The notes under the pieces are model-generated. The model did no database searches. It was given only the letters and a program-made list of their open reading frames with translations, and was not told the DNA's origin. Of a stretch of DNA of 64,000 bases, positions 1-12,529 are shown in pieces. The DNA lies in contig OZ024742.1 of NCBI GenBank assembly GCA_964016885.1, positions 17,422,001 to 17,486,000 of the forward strand, read 5' to 3'. Source of the DNA: Eledone cirrhosa (taxonomy: Eukaryota). The position numbers and the translations under genes are program-made. Position 1 is the first letter of the stretch. Each line of letters begins with the position of its first letter.

Positions 1-1966
1 TCACTGCCTCCGTCTCTCTTTCTCTTCCCATCTCTCTCTTTCACTCACTGCCTCCGTCTCTCTTTCTCTCCCCATCTCTCTCTTTCACTCACTACCTCCG
101 TCTCTCTTGCTCTCCCCACTTCTCTCTTTCACTCACTGCCTCCATCTCTCTTTCTCTCCCCATCTCTCTCTTTCACTCACTGCCTCCGTCTCTCTTGCTC
201 TCCCCATCTCTCTCTTTCACTCACTGCCTCCGTCTCTCTTGCCCCCCCCCATCTCTCTCTTTCACTCACTGCCTCCGTCTCTCTTTCTCTCCCCATCTCT
301 CTCTTTCACTCACTGCCTCCGTCTCTCTTTCTCTCCCCATCTCTCTCTTTCACTCACTGCCTCCGTCTCTCTTGCTCTCCCCATCTCTCTCTTTCACTCA
401 CTGCCTCCGTCTCTCTTGCTCTCCCCATCTCTCTCTTTCACTCACTGCCTCCGTCTCTCTTTCTCTCCCCATCTCTCTCTTTCACTCACTGCCTCCGTCT
501 CTCTCGCTCTCCCCACCTCTCTCTTTCACTCACTGCCTCCATCTCTCTCGCTCTCCCCACTTCTCTCTTTCACTCACTGCCTCCGTCTCTCTTGATCTCC
601 CCACCTCTCTCTTTCACTCACTGCCTCCGTCTCTCTCGCTCTCCCCATCTCTCTCTTTCCCTCACTGCCTCCGTCTCTCTTGCTCTCCCCACCTCCCTCT
701 TTCACTAACTGCCTCCGTCTCTCTTTCTCTCCCCATCTCTCTCTTTCACTCACTGCCTCCGTCTCTCTTGCTCTCCCCATCTCTCTCTTTCACTCACTGT
801 CTCCGTCTCTCTCGCTCTCCCACCTCTCTCTTTCACTCACTGCCTCCGTGTCTCTCGCTCTCCCCACCTCTCTCTTTCACTCACTGCCTCCGTCTCTCTC
901 GCTCTCCCCACCTCTCTCTTTCACTCACTGCCTCCATCTCTCTCGCTCTCCCCACTTCTCTCTTTCACTCACTGCCTCCGTCTCTCTTGATCTCCCCACC
1001 TCTCTCTTTCACTCACTGCCTCCGTCTCTCTCGCTCTCCCCATCTCTCTCTTTCCCTCACTGCCTCCGTCTCTCTCTTTCACTCACTGTCTCCGTCTCTC
1101 TTGCTCTCCCCATCTCTCTCTTTCACTCACTGCCTCCGTCTCACTTGCTCTCCCCACCTCCCTCTTTCACTAACTGCCTCCGTCTCTCTTTCTCTCCCCA
1201 TCTGTCTCTTTCACTCACTGCCTCCGTCTCTCTTTCTCTCCCCATCTCTCTCTTTCACTCACTGCCTCCGTCTCTCTTGCTCTCCCCATCTCTCTCTTTC
1301 ACTCACTGCCTCCGTCTCTCTTGCTCTCCCCATCTCTCTCTTTCACTCACTGCCTCCGTCTCTCTTTCTCTCTCCATCTCTCTCTTTCACTCACTGCCTC
1401 CGTCTCTCTTTCTCTCCCCATCTCTCTCTTTCACTCACTACCTCCGTCTCTCTTGCTCTCCCCACTTCTCTCTTTCACTCACTGCCTCCGTCTCTCTTTC
1501 TCTCCCCATCTCTCTCTTTCACTCACTGCCTCCGTCTCTCTTGCTCTCCCCATCTCTCTCTTTCACTCACTGCCTCCGTCTCTCTTCCCCCCCCCCCATC
1601 TCTCTCTTTCACTCACTGCCTCCGTCTCTCTTGCCCCCCCCCATCTCTCTCTTTCACTCACTGCCTCCGTCTCTCTTGCCCCCCCCCCCCCCATCTCTCT
1701 CTTTCACTCACTGCCTCCGTCTCTCTTTCTCTCCCCATCTCTCTCTTTCACTCACTGCCTCCGTCTCTCTTGCTCTCCCCATCTCTCTCTTTCACTCACT
1801 GCCTCCGTCTCTCTTGCCCCCCCCCCCATCTCTCTCTTTCACTCACTGCCTCCGTCTCTCTTGCCCCCCCCCCCCCATCTCTCTCTTTCACTCACTGCCT
1901 CCGTCTCTCTTGCTCTCCCCATCTCTCTCTTTCACTCACTGCCTCCGTCTCTCTTGCTCTCCCCAC
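1..1966. repeat. 44-bp CT-rich minisatellite array (runs off the window start)
   Basis: Unit TTTCACTCACTGCCTCCGTCTCTCTTGCTCTCCCCATCTCTCTC repeated about 45 times, with poly-C variants at 1580-1880. The long Ser/Leu/Pro ORFs here are repeat artefacts. Confidence 0.97.
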
Positions 1967-2330
1967 TATTAAAAGCAAATGGGGGCTCACACGCTGGTCT
2001 CCCCGTGGCCACAACGGACAGAATAGAGGATGGTGAGGGAAACGCGTTGGAAAAGCCATTCCAGCTCGCAAGGCACACACCTGCCGGTAGCCAACTCCGT
2101 GCCGATGGTGGTGAGTAGGGAGGAGGTCCTAGGGCTAAGGACACCAGAAGACTCCACTCCTATGGGTAGTCAACTCATTGCCTATGGTAGTGAGTAGGGA
2201 GGTGTTGCTAGAACCACGGATGCCAGAAATCTCCCCTGCTATGGGCTCGACCACAAACCTCTCGCAGAGCCACCGACATTTGGAGAGTTTACCCTCCTCG
2301 GCTTGACGTGCAACAGACCCTGGATTAGTT
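1967..2330. repeat. GC-rich dispersed repeat of unknown class
   Basis: Similar to 2655-2850 (GAGGGA..ACGC..GAAAAGCCA..GTGAGTAGGG) and to 18010-18140. Confidence 0.55.
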
Positions 2331-2457
2331 CAAAACGGAATTAACCTGATACAATATCTGATCAGGCGATTCACTCGAAAGTCTTCCATAATTCCCTTTT
2401 CATTAATTTCCCTCACGAGACGTGTGTTAAGACAAGATTATACGTGTATTTTCTACT

Positions 2458-2643
2458 ATAATTGTTTCTACTATTGGCACAAGGCCAGCAATTACTCAGT
2501 ACATTACTGGTACTTTATTTTATCGACCCCGTAAGGATGAAAGGCAAAGTTAACCTCGGCGGGATTTGAACTCAGAATGGCAAGGGTTGTAACTCTATGC
2601 ATCAAAGCATGGCGTCCGACCCTCTACCGATTCTGCCAATCCA
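2458..2643 (-). mobile_element. tRNA-derived SINE, family A
   Basis: Reverse complement of the consensus GGATTGGCAGTATCGGTAGA (A-box-like)...GAGTTCAAATCC (B box)...GGGGTCGATAAAATAAAGTACCAG...TAGAAACAATT. Confidence 0.9.
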
Positions 2644-2654
2644 TTATAATCTAA

Positions 2655-2850
2655 CTCATTCTCCACCTCTGGGTCCCGGCCGACAGGGTGGAGAATACAT
2701 GGCCCTGGGGGACGGCGAGGGAGACACGCTGAAAAAGCCACTTCACATCGAGAGGCTGGCACCTGTGGGCGGCTAGCTGCGCTCCAACAATAGTGAGTAG
2801 GGGTGTGGTCAGAGGGTCAATAACAGCGGAAGTCTCCAACGCTTGCCCAA
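2655..2850. repeat. diverged second copy of the GC-rich dispersed repeat
   Basis: Patchy identity with 1990-2160. Confidence 0.45.
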
Positions 2851-2936
2851 GATACTGCGCAGTGAGACATCATGATGGCAAAACAAACGTCTTAGCTATT
2901 CAGTCACGCTTTCGTTCATATTGTATTAATAGGATA

Positions 2937-3097
2937 ATAATTATTTCTACTTTTGGCACAAGGCCGGCAATTATCCCCGTAAGGATGAAAGGCAAAGTTA
3001 ACCCCGGAGGGATTTGAACTCAGATCATAAAGGGTCGTAACTCTTTGCTTCAAAGCATGGCGTCCGACCCTCTACCGATACTGCCAATCCACCGCCC
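2937..3097 (-). mobile_element. SINE family A, internally deleted
   Basis: Matches the consensus; flanking direct repeat TATTAATAGGATAATAA at about 2924 and 3113. Confidence 0.88.
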
Positions 3098-3769
3098 TAT
3101 CTGTTATTAACCTATTAATAGGATAATAATACATACACATACGTTAAACCCTTTCTGAAGTGAGAGAATATAGTATAAAAGGCTGAACATTCTTTTCTAT
3201 AATAATCTAATGTTTCTGATTGATAACCACTTCTAAGTCTTCCGCTTGAAAATCTTAATTATTGAATTACATTTGATAATTCAGAGGATTTTAATAGCTA
3301 ATATCATTTTAGTATTGAATAGGAATCTAAAAGGATTGGGGTCAGGATTGTGGTTCAACTGGAATCTTTTGTTGTAGGTGTAATGGAGAATCTGATAAAT
3401 GGACTGTGACCTCACATGACAAGCTTCAGGTTACATGTAGAACAAAAGCTCATAAAAGGATTAATAGTGGTAGCACTGGTATTTATATTAGCTGGATGTT
3501 GTTGTATTTGCTGTTTTAACACATGTCAGCTCTTATCAAACAAACCTGTGGTTACAGGCATTTCGGCCGTGACCACTCTGTCTTTTTTTCTAAACATGGT
3601 ATATCTAACACCACATAATCCAATACATCCTTTCTTTTTTTTTACGGCAGTGTGTAATAATTTGTTATTTTTCGTGCTGATGTTAGTGATGGTCAGTAGT
3701 GGTGGTGGTGGTGGTGGTGGTGGTACACCTATTGTACATATATATATATATCTAAAACGTCTGTCTCGA

Positions 3770-4015
3770 GCTCTCGGAGGCTCATCAGGTCATATGCTTA
3801 GCCCGGTTTCCGTGGAATGAAGTGACTGGGAGTACAAGACTACCCCCTGGACAGGACGCCAGTCTACCACAGTGTTAGACTTCCAGCAATAGCTGGTATT
3901 CGTTATCAGCTGAGTATACTGGAGCAACGTGAAATGAAGTATTTTGCTCAAGAACACAACAGTCCAGACAATATGATCGTAAGTCCAACACCCTTACCAC
4001 TAGGCCACGCGCCTC
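3770..4015 (-). mobile_element. SINE family B (tRNA-like head)
   Basis: Core CTGGAGCAACGTGAAATGAAGT..TTGCTCAAGAACACAAC is shared with 25385-25680, 53030-53340 and 58305-58400. Confidence 0.75.
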
Positions 4016-4345
4016 CACACATACATATATATATATATATAGATTGGTCGATTGAAATAAACTTACACACATACACATATAGATACATACATTCAACCAT
4101 AGCCAATTGTTTCGATTAATTGAGAAGAAGAAGAAGAAGAAGAAGAAGAAGAAGAAGAAGAAGAAGGGGGAGGAGGGGGAGCAGAAAAAGGAGGTGTTCA
4201 TGAAATAACTGGTAATATCTTAAACTTATTGATGTTATTGTTTGATCTCTCGTCGAAACGTTATTGAATGTATTCCGTCTTTTACCATATCATATTTTTC
4301 ACACAAGGGGTATCGGAGATTACATTATCTAAAATTTTATGTTTA

Positions 4346-4535
4346 GGGCGGTGGATTGGCAGTATCGGTAGAAGGTCGGACGCCATGCTTTCCAGCATAG
4401 TTACGTCCCTTTACGATCTGAGTTCAAATCCCGCCGAGGTTAACTTTGCCTTTCATCCTTACAGGGTCGATAAAATAAAGTACCAGTAATGTACTGGGTA
4501 TTTGCTGGCCTTGTGCCTAAAATAGAAACAGTTAT
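4346..4535 (+). mobile_element. SINE family A, full length
   Basis: GGCGGTGGATTGGCAGTATCGGTAGA head, B box GAGTTCAAATCC, TSD ATTTTATGTTTA on both sides. Confidence 0.92.
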
Positions 4536-4805
4536 TTTATGTTTAAACAAATATATCATAGAAGAGCCTGATTAGATTAAGATGATATTCCTGGCACACG
4601 GAGTAACAACTAAGAAACTCTCCTTTGACAGAAATAAATCCGTGTGACAGTATATACCGACAAGATGGCGTACTCCCATGTATCTTATCTACCGTGTAAT
4701 AACTATTTAAAAGACATGTAATAAAATATTGATATCCGACAAACTAAACACGTTTGAATCTAAAATAAAAGGAACAGAGAGTGAAATGATGTTGACATAT
4801 AGTAT

Positions 4806-4878
<73 letters not shown>

Positions 4879-4899
4879 CTCTCCCTCTCTCTCTCCCCC

Positions 4900-4931
<32 letters not shown>

Positions 4932-4971
4932 TAAAATATAAGTATTAATAAAATAGATGATCTTTTGATCA

Positions 4972-5034
4972 ATTACATTTTATTATACATATTTCGGTTG
5001 TACAACAGTACGTCCTCATCAGACAAAATATAAT
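4972..5034 (-). ncRNA. type I hammerhead ribozyme motif (PLE pLTR-like)
   Basis: Minus strand: ATTATATTTT-gt-CTGATGA-GGacGTAC tgtt GTACaaCC-GAAA-tat-GTA-taat-AAAATGTAAT. Catalytic core and stems I and II can be paired. Confidence 0.7.
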
Positions 5035-5160
5035 TGTTTCTACTTTTGGCACAAGGCCAGCAATTACCTAGTACATTACTGGTACTTTATTTTATTGAGC
5101 CGTAAAGATGAAAGGCAAAGTTAACGTTGACGGGATTTGAACTCAGACCGTAAAGGGACG
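5031..5160 (-). mobile_element. SINE family A, 3' part (split by the Gypsy insertion)
   Basis: Continues exactly at 10623-10677; 18-bp TSD CATCAGACAAAATATAAT at 5017-5034 and 10677-10694. Confidence 0.92.
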
Positions 5161-5392
5161 TTTAGCAGTATTAGTTATAGATGTTATCGAGATACGAGTG
5201 ACATAATAATTATTTCAACAGCAGAAATTAGAGATGAAATATACGTTTATTTTTTGATGTAGCACAAACAATGGTGTACAGAGGCTGGTTTCTGGCGTGA
5301 GATCCGTCGGCTTTCCAGTGGCTGTCTGTCTTTTCTTTCTGGCGTTCTCAACCGGCGTTGTTCTATCAAGGAGCGTGAGGCGTCTTACTACA
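5161..5392 (-). repeat. 3' LTR (232 bp)
   Basis: Direct repeat of 10387-10622, differing by 2 substitutions and 2 small indels; reads TGTAG...CTAAA on the minus strand. Confidence 0.95.
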
Positions 5393-5618
5393 GTACCTCG
5401 AGCCAGATTTTCAAATTATCGAAAATCGATGTCATTACTCACATGTGGAGTAAGATGGCGAACAATGCAACAAGGGGGAGCTATCCGCTCTAACAAAAAT
5501 TGAATCCAGAATAAGGATTTGAAAAATGGTAAAAAAAAAAACGACATGCATGCATAAAAAAACAAGGCAAAGAAAAAGCAGAAACACAGAGGCAAAAAAA
5601 AGGTGCAGCTAACATAGT

Positions 5619-8600
5619 CTAAATATATGCGGTGCTGCAAAATTGTTTGGGCCAGTGGACCCTACGACCTGAACGGGTCGTGGTCTTGTAACGTGGCGAT
5701 GGTGGTGGTGTAGGGACAGGCGATGATGGTGGTTCAGGAACAGTCGTTCGCTCAACAGGCAAATACGAAGGGGTTCGTCGATCAGGAACCACAGCGTCCG
5801 TGTCAAGGTGCGCCTGCTTAAGTCTGTCTAATGTAACTGTCTCCCTGGACCCCTTAATATCTAACGTGAAATGCTTAGCCGAGCGCGCTAAGACACGGTA
5901 AGGTCCAGTGTAAGGCTGTGTGAGCGGGGGCTTCACCGTATCATTCCTTACAAAGACATGCGTCCACGAGGCAATATCCCTCGGGACAGCAGTCTTGATA
6001 GATTGTTTCCTAGTGTCCATTGGCGGTAAATCCTGGAAATAGGAGCGCAAACGGGACACGTAGGAAGCGTGAACTTGGGCATAAAGATCGATAGGGGAAA
6101 GCATTTGCCCGGGCAACGTCAGAGGGGCACCGTACAGTACTTCGGCCGGTGAAAATCCAAAGTCGACCTTCACCGTTGACCGAATCCCTAGTAGCACAAT
6201 AGGGAGGTACTCGCTCCAATGCGCCGAGTCCATTGAGGCCATTAAGGAGGCCTTCAGTTGGCGGTGAAAACGCTCCACCATACCATTCGAAGCGGGATGG
6301 TATGCCGTAGTTCTAATGCGTTTAGCACCAATTAATTTTGACAGCTCGAGGAAAAGGCTCGACTCGAACTGTCGTCCACGGTCGGTAGTTATTGTGGATG
6401 GAACTCCATAACGAGAGATCCACCCAGACACAAGAGCACGTGCTGTTATCTCCGCGGTGATGTTTTTCAAGGGGATGGCCTCAGGCCATCTCGAAAAACG
6501 GTCAATGACGGTAAGTAGATAAGAAAAACCATCGCTGACAGGCCAAGGTCCCACTATGTCAATATGAATATGTGAAAAACGCGCATCTGGGTTAGCAAAG
6601 GTACCCAGGGGAGCCTTGACGTATCGATGGACCTTTGATCTCTGGCAAGCGACGCAGGAACGGCACCAAGCAGCAATTTCACGCCTCATATTTGGCCAGA
6701 AAAATCTAGCTGATATGAGCTTTGCTGTGGCAGAAGATCCTGGATGCGAGATACAATGTAATCCCAGAAACACGGTCCGACGATGATTCTCTGGAACGAA
6801 GGGCCTAGGCACGTCCAAAGAGACGTCGCAGAGAATTTGGCCAACTGCAGTCGACAGAGGCAAGTATTTCATCTCGCAATTCGCAAACTCGGGCGATGTG
6901 ACATCCAACGACTCAAGGGGAGGCTGAACCGCAGCCAAACGAGTCAGATCTATGTCAGAGGATGACGAGATCGCTGTCACGGGTAAGCGGGACAAAGCAT
7001 CGGCCGCTGTATTTAGTGAACCCGGAATGTGCTGGATATCACTCGTATATTGCGAGATGAAATCAAGGTGTCTCGTCTCTCTGGGCGAGTATTTATCAGC
7101 CTTCGCTCTCAAAGCAAAAGTCAATGGTTTATGGTCAGTGAGGATAGTAAATTGTCTACCCTCTAGCACATGTGAAAAATGTTTCACGGCCAAATGGATG
7201 GCTAAAAGCTCTCTTCCAAAGGTGCTGTAGCGCGTCTCAACAGGATTTAGCTTTTTGGAAAAAAACTCCAGCGGTTGCTGGTAACCATTGATGTTTTGCT
7301 GTAGTACTGCGCCCACAGCGATATCCGATGCATCAACACAAAGCGTTAGCTTTGCACCGGGTACCGGGTGAGTCAGTAACGAAGCATTAGCCAAAACAGT
7401 TTTGGCGTGCTGAAAATCGGAGAAAAGCAATTTTGCACAATTTGGCACGAAACGCTTATACAAGTTAACCAGACCTAAGAACTGGTGTAACTGGCGTAGT
7501 GAGGTCGGTGGAGGCAAATCCTCTATGACCTTAACTCGCTCAGGCCGGGGTCGAATACCGTCAGCATCGATGACGTGACCCAAGAAAGTCAGTGACTCGG
7601 CGCCAAAAACACATTTGGGTGCATTAAGCTGCACGTTATACGCCTTCAATCGGCGGAAAAGAAGATTCAAATGGTGCGTATGCTGCTCTGGAGAAGAACT
7701 AGCGATGAGCAGATCGTCAATATAGGTATAGACGAAATCGAGGCCGCGAGTAACCTCATCCATAAACCGCTGAAAAGTACTAGCGGCATTCCTTAATCCG
7801 AACGGCATAGTCAAAAACTGGAAAGACCCAAATGGCGTAACTATAGCCGTTTTTGGAATGTCATTTTTATGGACAGGAATTTGATGGTACGCACGAATTA
7901 AATCCAGTTTGGAGAATATCTTGCATCCCTGCAACGAAGACGCAAAGTCTTGCAGATGAGGGATAGGATAACGGTCCGGTACCGTTATCGAATTCAGGCG
8001 TCGATAATCTCCAGTAGGTCTCCAATCGCCATTCGCTTTCGGTACCATGTGTAATGGGGACGCCCACGGGCTCGTGGACGGACGAATAATCCCCATTTGC
8101 AGCATATGATCACACTCTGATCGTGCAGCTTTCAATTTGTCCGGAGGCAAGCGACGAGGACGAGAGAAAACGGGAGCACCAGTTGTAGATATGAAGTGCT
8201 CCGTGGTATGAGTTGGTTCATCAAATCGAAAATTTCCCCGAGTCAGTTGCGGGAACGAGTTCAACAACGCATGGAAAGGATCACCGGTGTTAGCAAGAAA
8301 AAATGTCGGGCTAACCGTTGGAACTCCTGCTGCCTTGCCAACAACAGTTAATCCCGTGATGCCATCAATTAGGCGTTTACCACGAAGGTCCACCGTCAAT
8401 GAAAAATGGTGGAGAAAATCCGCGCCTAGAATCGGATACGGCAAGGTAGCGACAGTAAATATCCATGTGAACTCGCGCCGCAGATCACGAAACTGCAAAG
8501 GTAACGAGATTTGTCCGAAAGTTCGAATCGGCGAACAATTTACTGCCTGCAACACAATAGGCGTCTCAGGGGGAGTCTCCTTCATACAACACACAGGCCA

Positions 8601-8744
8601 TACGGAACAAGCTGCACCTGTGTCAACCAGAAAAGCTCTACCTGACAGCAGGTACTCAATGAAAAAGTGGCGGTTAGATGTTGTTTCGCAGAGCGCACTA
8701 TCCGCCGTTAGTGACTCAGGTCGTCTTTTCCCTCGTAAGCACAA
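5619..8744 (-). CDS. pol: Gypsy Pol polyprotein (protease, RT, RNase H, integrase)
   Basis: LVDTGA protease; [16 protein letters not shown] and YIDD RT motifs; VDAS...ELLA...TDHKPL RNase H; H-H-C-C zinc finger; HIDIVG...TDRG...GMVERFH DDE integrase; GPY motif. Confidence 0.96.
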   Translation of the reverse strand: MCLRGKRRPESLTADSALCETTSNRHFFIEYLLSGRAFLVDTGAACSVWPVCCMKETPPETPIVLQAVNCSPIRTFGQISLPLQFRDLRREFTWIFTVATLPYPILGADFLHHFSLTVDLRGKRLIDGITGLTVVGKAAGVPTVSPTFFLANTGDPFHALLNSFPQLTRGNFRFDEPTHTTEHFISTTGAPVFSRPRRLPPDKLKAARSECDHMLQMGIIRPSTSPWASPLHMVPKANGDWRPTGDYRRLNSITVPDRYPIPHLQDFASSLQGCKIFSKLDLIRAYHQIPVHKNDIPKTAIVTPFGSFQFLTMPFGLRNAASTFQRFMDEVTRGLDFVYTYIDDLLIASSSPEQHTHHLNLLFRRLKAYNVQLNAPKCVFGAESLTFLGHVIDADGIRPRPERVKVIEDLPPPTSLRQLHQFLGLVNLYKRFVPNCAKLLFSDFQHAKTVLANASLLTHPVPGAKLTLCVDASDIAVGAVLQQNINGYQQPLEFFSKKLNPVETRYSTFGRELLAIHLAVKHFSHVLEGRQFTILTDHKPLTFALRAKADKYSPRETRHLDFISQYTSDIQHIPGSLNTAADALSRLPVTAISSSSDIDLTRLAAVQPPLESLDVTSPEFANCEMKYLPLSTAVGQILCDVSLDVPRPFVPENHRRTVFLGLHCISHPGSSATAKLISARFFWPNMRREIAAWCRSCVACQRSKVHRYVKAPLGTFANPDARFSHIHIDIVGPWPVSDGFSYLLTVIDRFSRWPEAIPLKNITAEITARALVSGWISRYGVPSTITTDRGRQFESSLFLELSKLIGAKRIRTTAYHPASNGMVERFHRQLKASLMASMDSAHWSEYLPIVLLGIRSTVKVDFGFSPAEVLYGAPLTLPGQMLSPIDLYAQVHASYVSRLRSYFQDLPPMDTRKQSIKTAVPRDIASWTHVFVRNDTVKPPLTQPYTGPYRVLARSAKHFTLDIKGSRETVTLDRLKQAHLDTDAVVPDRRTPSYLPVERTTVPEPPSSPVPTPPPSPRYKTTTRSGRRVHWPKQFCSTAYI

Positions 8745-9487
8745 GGAGGCCTACAACGGGCAGCTTTTTTACCATATCTTTCATGGTAATAACAATATGG
8801 TGTTCCTGGTGTGTTGGAAGGGCTACGGTGGCGAGAAGTTGAATAACGTCGTGAGCGGCTCCTCTGCCATCCAAAGGACCTGAATTCCTTGCACAACTCC
8901 ACCATTTGACGAGTCATGGCTTCCATTGTGGTGATTAAATTGCCATCAGACGCTGATGAGCGTGATTGAGGAAGAGAAGAGGAAGCAACGAACTTTGGCT
9001 TCGAAGTGTCTCTCTTCGTCACCTCTACAATTTTGTCAGCAGAGACAGCAATGTGATCCAGGGTATTCACCTCTAGCATATGGGCTAGGATTGCCTGTAC
9101 CTCTTGAGGTAGGCGAGAGAAGAACAATTGCTTCAGGAAAGGGCTATCCTGATCTTGGGAATCGCTCAAATCCCGCAAATGCCGGAGAAAAGCGGTAGGG
9201 GTCCTGTCACCTAATCGTTCGTCCTCGATCAGTGACCGAAAACGACTCTCTACCGACTTACAATTCCTCCTCAAAATCTCGCCCTTCAAAAACTCATACG
9301 TCAAGTCAGAGGGGGGGGGGTCTGTAATTAGGTCTTGGACCGAATCTGCTAGATTAGGGGGAAGGCCGCTAATCAGTACAGCGAGGCGCTGGTCAGATTC
9401 GGTCTTACAGACCGTAAAATACGCCTGTAACTGTGCAAACCACATCTTAGGTTTTCCAGTAAAGGCGGGCAAATGTGGCACATTCAT
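8708..9487 (-). CDS. gag: Gypsy Gag
   Basis: LPAF...WFAQ N-terminus, [14 protein letters not shown]-terminal [18 protein letters not shown] motif; overlaps pol in the -1 frame. Confidence 0.9.
   Translation of the reverse strand: MNVPHLPAFTGKPKMWFAQLQAYFTVCKTESDQRLAVLISGLPPNLADSVQDLITDPPPSDLTYEFLKGEILRRNCKSVESRFRSLIEDERLGDRTPTAFLRHLRDLSDSQDQDSPFLKQLFFSRLPQEVQAILAHMLEVNTLDHIAVSADKIVEVTKRDTSKPKFVASSSLPQSRSSASDGNLITTMEAMTRQMVELCKEFRSFGWQRSRSRRYSTSRHRSPSNTPGTPYCYYHERYGKKAARCRPPCAYEGKDDLSH
8726..8732 (-). promoter_or_regulatory. -1 ribosomal frameshift slippery site G GGA AAA
   Basis: X XXY YYZ heptamer in the gag frame (GAG GGA AAA), inside the gag/pol overlap. Confidence 0.7.
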
Positions 9488-10372
9488 GTTAACTTTTATT
9501 AAAAAAATATATACATATATATCTAAACAGCAATTAATGTACCCTTGTACAGTGAAAAGAGAACAGCCAATATTGAGAAAAAGTTAAAGGGCAAAAAGAA
9601 ACAGACATTCAAAACATAAGGAAATATGAAAAATACATAAAATACAGATATATATCGTTTAAAAAAAAATGTTCCTTCAACGTCTGTCCCCTCGCGTTGC
9701 TTCAACGAACCAGCCAAATCAAATAAGGTAAAAAAAAAAAAAAGAAAAGGAGGAGGAAAAAAAATGTTTGTTTTTTCTTTTAAAATATATCCGCGTTGGA
9801 TATCAACAAAGGTAGCCAGTGGCTAAAAATCCCTTAGAAAAAGGTAAGGCATGTATATCCCCATGCGGGGCAGTTATGTTCACAAAAAAAAGTTTAGTCT
9901 CTTCTCTCTTGATCAGTCATGGAACACACACGCAATTCAAAAAATGTGTCCGTTACAAAACTGGGACGGAACGCAACGCCACCTTGGAAAAATACACTTT
10001 TTTTCTTTTTTCTTCTGTAAGTTGCGAAAAAGTTGGCAACGGAAATGAAATATTCAAGTGAATAAAAAAAAGTTGCTCTAAATTATCGACACGAATGAAT
10101 CGTTTTGATATTTCCGATGTGTGGTGGTTTGCGTCGGTAAGGCTATGAAGCTGCCACTCACTATTCCCTGTTTTGGTCAGTGGTTAAACAATGTTGTCGC
10201 TGCTGCTGCTGTCGTTGTTGTTGTCGAGTGTAGCAAAAAGTTTTTGAAATACTACTAATTTTTCGATAATTTTAAAAGGAATATTTTTTATTTTCGCAAG
10301 TTGCGAAAAAAGGCCGGCAACGTGGCAATAAAAGTTCAACTGAATGAAAAAGAAGGGCTGCGTTAAATTCTT

Positions 10373-10385
10373 ACGTCGGTCACCA
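10373..10385 (-). promoter_or_regulatory. primer-binding site, tRNA-Trp-like
   Basis: TGGTGACCGACGT one base after the 5' LTR; the tRNA-Trp complement is TGGTGACCCCGACGT, so 2 nt are missing. Confidence 0.75.
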
Positions 10386-10386
10386 C

Positions 10387-10622
10387 TTTAGCAGTATTTA
10401 GTTATAGATGTTATCGAGATACGAGTGACATAATAATTATTTCAACAGCAGAAATTAGAGATGAAATATACATTTATTTTTTGATGTAGCACAAACAATG
10501 GTGTTGTACAGAGGCTGGTTTCTGGCGTGTGATCCGTCGGCTTTCCAGTGGCTGTCTGTCTTTTCTTTCTGGCGTTCTCAACCGGCGTTGTTCTATCAAG
10601 GAGCGTGAGGCGTCTTACTACA
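10387..10622 (-). repeat. 5' LTR (236 bp)
   Basis: Direct repeat of 5161-5392, adjacent to the PBS. Confidence 0.95.
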
Positions 10623-10677
10623 GACGTAACTATGCTGGAAAGCATGGCGTCCGACTCTCTACCGATACTGCCAATCC
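10623..10677 (-). mobile_element. SINE family A, 5' part
   Basis: GACGTAACTATGCTGGAAAGCATGGCGTCCGAC... continues 5031-5160. Confidence 0.9.
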
Positions 10678-10852
10678 ATCAGACAAAATATAATGATACA
10701 TGACATACCCTGAGATGTTAAATGGTTAAGATTTAATCAAGGTAATACTTATATTTTAATATTAATAACTCCAGAAAATTATTTTTGCCGTTGAGTGCTT
10801 CCAATCTACTGTAAATCTCATTCTTTGACATAATCGTTGAATATTGTTTAAC

Positions 10853-10920
<68 letters not shown>

Positions 10921-10925
<5 letters not shown>

Positions 10926-12149
10926 TAAACGGAATAGAAAATGCTGACAAATTGTTCACAGTTGAAAAATGGTTTAATTAGGAATAAAAGAGTATTAATA
11001 ATTGTATGGGTTAGTATTCAGTTGTGGTTTTAAGTTTTTAAGTTTTTACCGGTTGCGCATTTCTAAATGCTTTTCAAAAATAATTTTGAGATAGAGTGTC
11101 CGTGTTGTTTGCTCTGATCTGATTAGTATTGGGAATTCTACCCTGCATCACTAATTGACAATGGAATCCAACTTGCCCTAAAACTCAGTACCCAGGACCT
11201 TAGACACCCTAAAGTAAATCAACCGAAACTAAAAGCTCCACACACAACCCCCTCAACAATGAGGCCTTTGACACCATCCGCCAGAACATCCCTGTGTTGA
11301 AAAAGGACCATAGAATGGACCAAATCCTACGAACACACGATATCATAAAGAGCAAAAGACAATCCAAGTCAATGAAAAACATCCTAACACATGCCAACCA
11401 CAACAACGAAACCCACAGTAAAAAAATGCGATAGACCCAACTGTGGCATTTGCATCAACCTAATAGAGGGTTCGGAATTCTATTTCAAAGAAGGACAACG
11501 TTTTATAGTAAAACACAATTTCACACGTGCATCGGAAAATCTAATATATGTATTAACTTGCTCAGGTTGTCGAGAACAATACATAGGCCAGACCAAAAAC
11601 AGCCTCCGCCAACGTATGACTGTCCATAGATCCCAAATTAAAATACGGGAATACAGGAAAATACCAATGAGTGAACACATTGATACCTGTGCCGCCCAAA
11701 ATCATCCCAACTTCAGAATCTTTCCCCTCTACAAATTTAAAGATAATGCCACCCACACCTAGCGCATGAGCAAGGAATCTTACTTCATTAACAAATACGG
11801 ACCCCGTCTAAACACTTCTCCCTAACTAAAACGAACCCACAACATAGACACGTCAACATACATACCTACATCAGCACACATCTCTACCCACATATAAACA
11901 CAATGACATACGTAAACACACATGATCTATGGTGCAACACAAACAAATATATGTGTATATATATATATAGTGAATATATGTATGTATATATATGTATATA
12001 TATAGTGAATATCATTTCACACCTTTTATTGTTAAGATTTTTGATGTTCAATTAAGAGAACCGATTTTACTGAAAAAATCGAATAATGTACACCATTTTA
12101 CCAGGGGGAAAAAAATACTGGTCCACCCACACACACGCACACACATTCT

Positions 12150-12195
<46 letters not shown>

Positions 12196-12477
12196 CACAC
12201 ACACACGCACACATACACACGCGTACATTAACATACAAAGAGACTTATACACACACACACACACACACACACTTCTCCGTATAAGACAAAAGCTGAAAAA
12301 TATCTTTTGACATGCTAAAATACCCCCCACTGCTTACAGACACATTTCTACTGACCATCCCTGCTACCACGAATTACTCTGCTATACACACACACACACA
12401 CACTTATCTTAATAGCCATTTGACACACATCCCTGCTAACCATTATCACAACATCGAACACATTACTACTACTACTA

Positions 12478-12529
<52 letters not shown>

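Larger units (their letters stand above)
5161..10622 (-). mobile_element. Ty3/Gypsy LTR retrotransposon, full length
   Basis: Two near-identical LTRs, PBS, gag, pol in PR-RT-RH-IN order, TSD GACG (5157-5160 and 10623-10626). Confidence 0.97.

Noticed and set aside
107-2118. Long Ser/Leu/Pro-rich ORFs (up to 613 aa)
   Set aside because: Stop-free translations of a 44-bp minisatellite, open in all three plus frames.
4346-4440. tRNA gene
   Set aside because: The A/B boxes belong to a multi-copy SINE head with TSDs; no cloverleaf.
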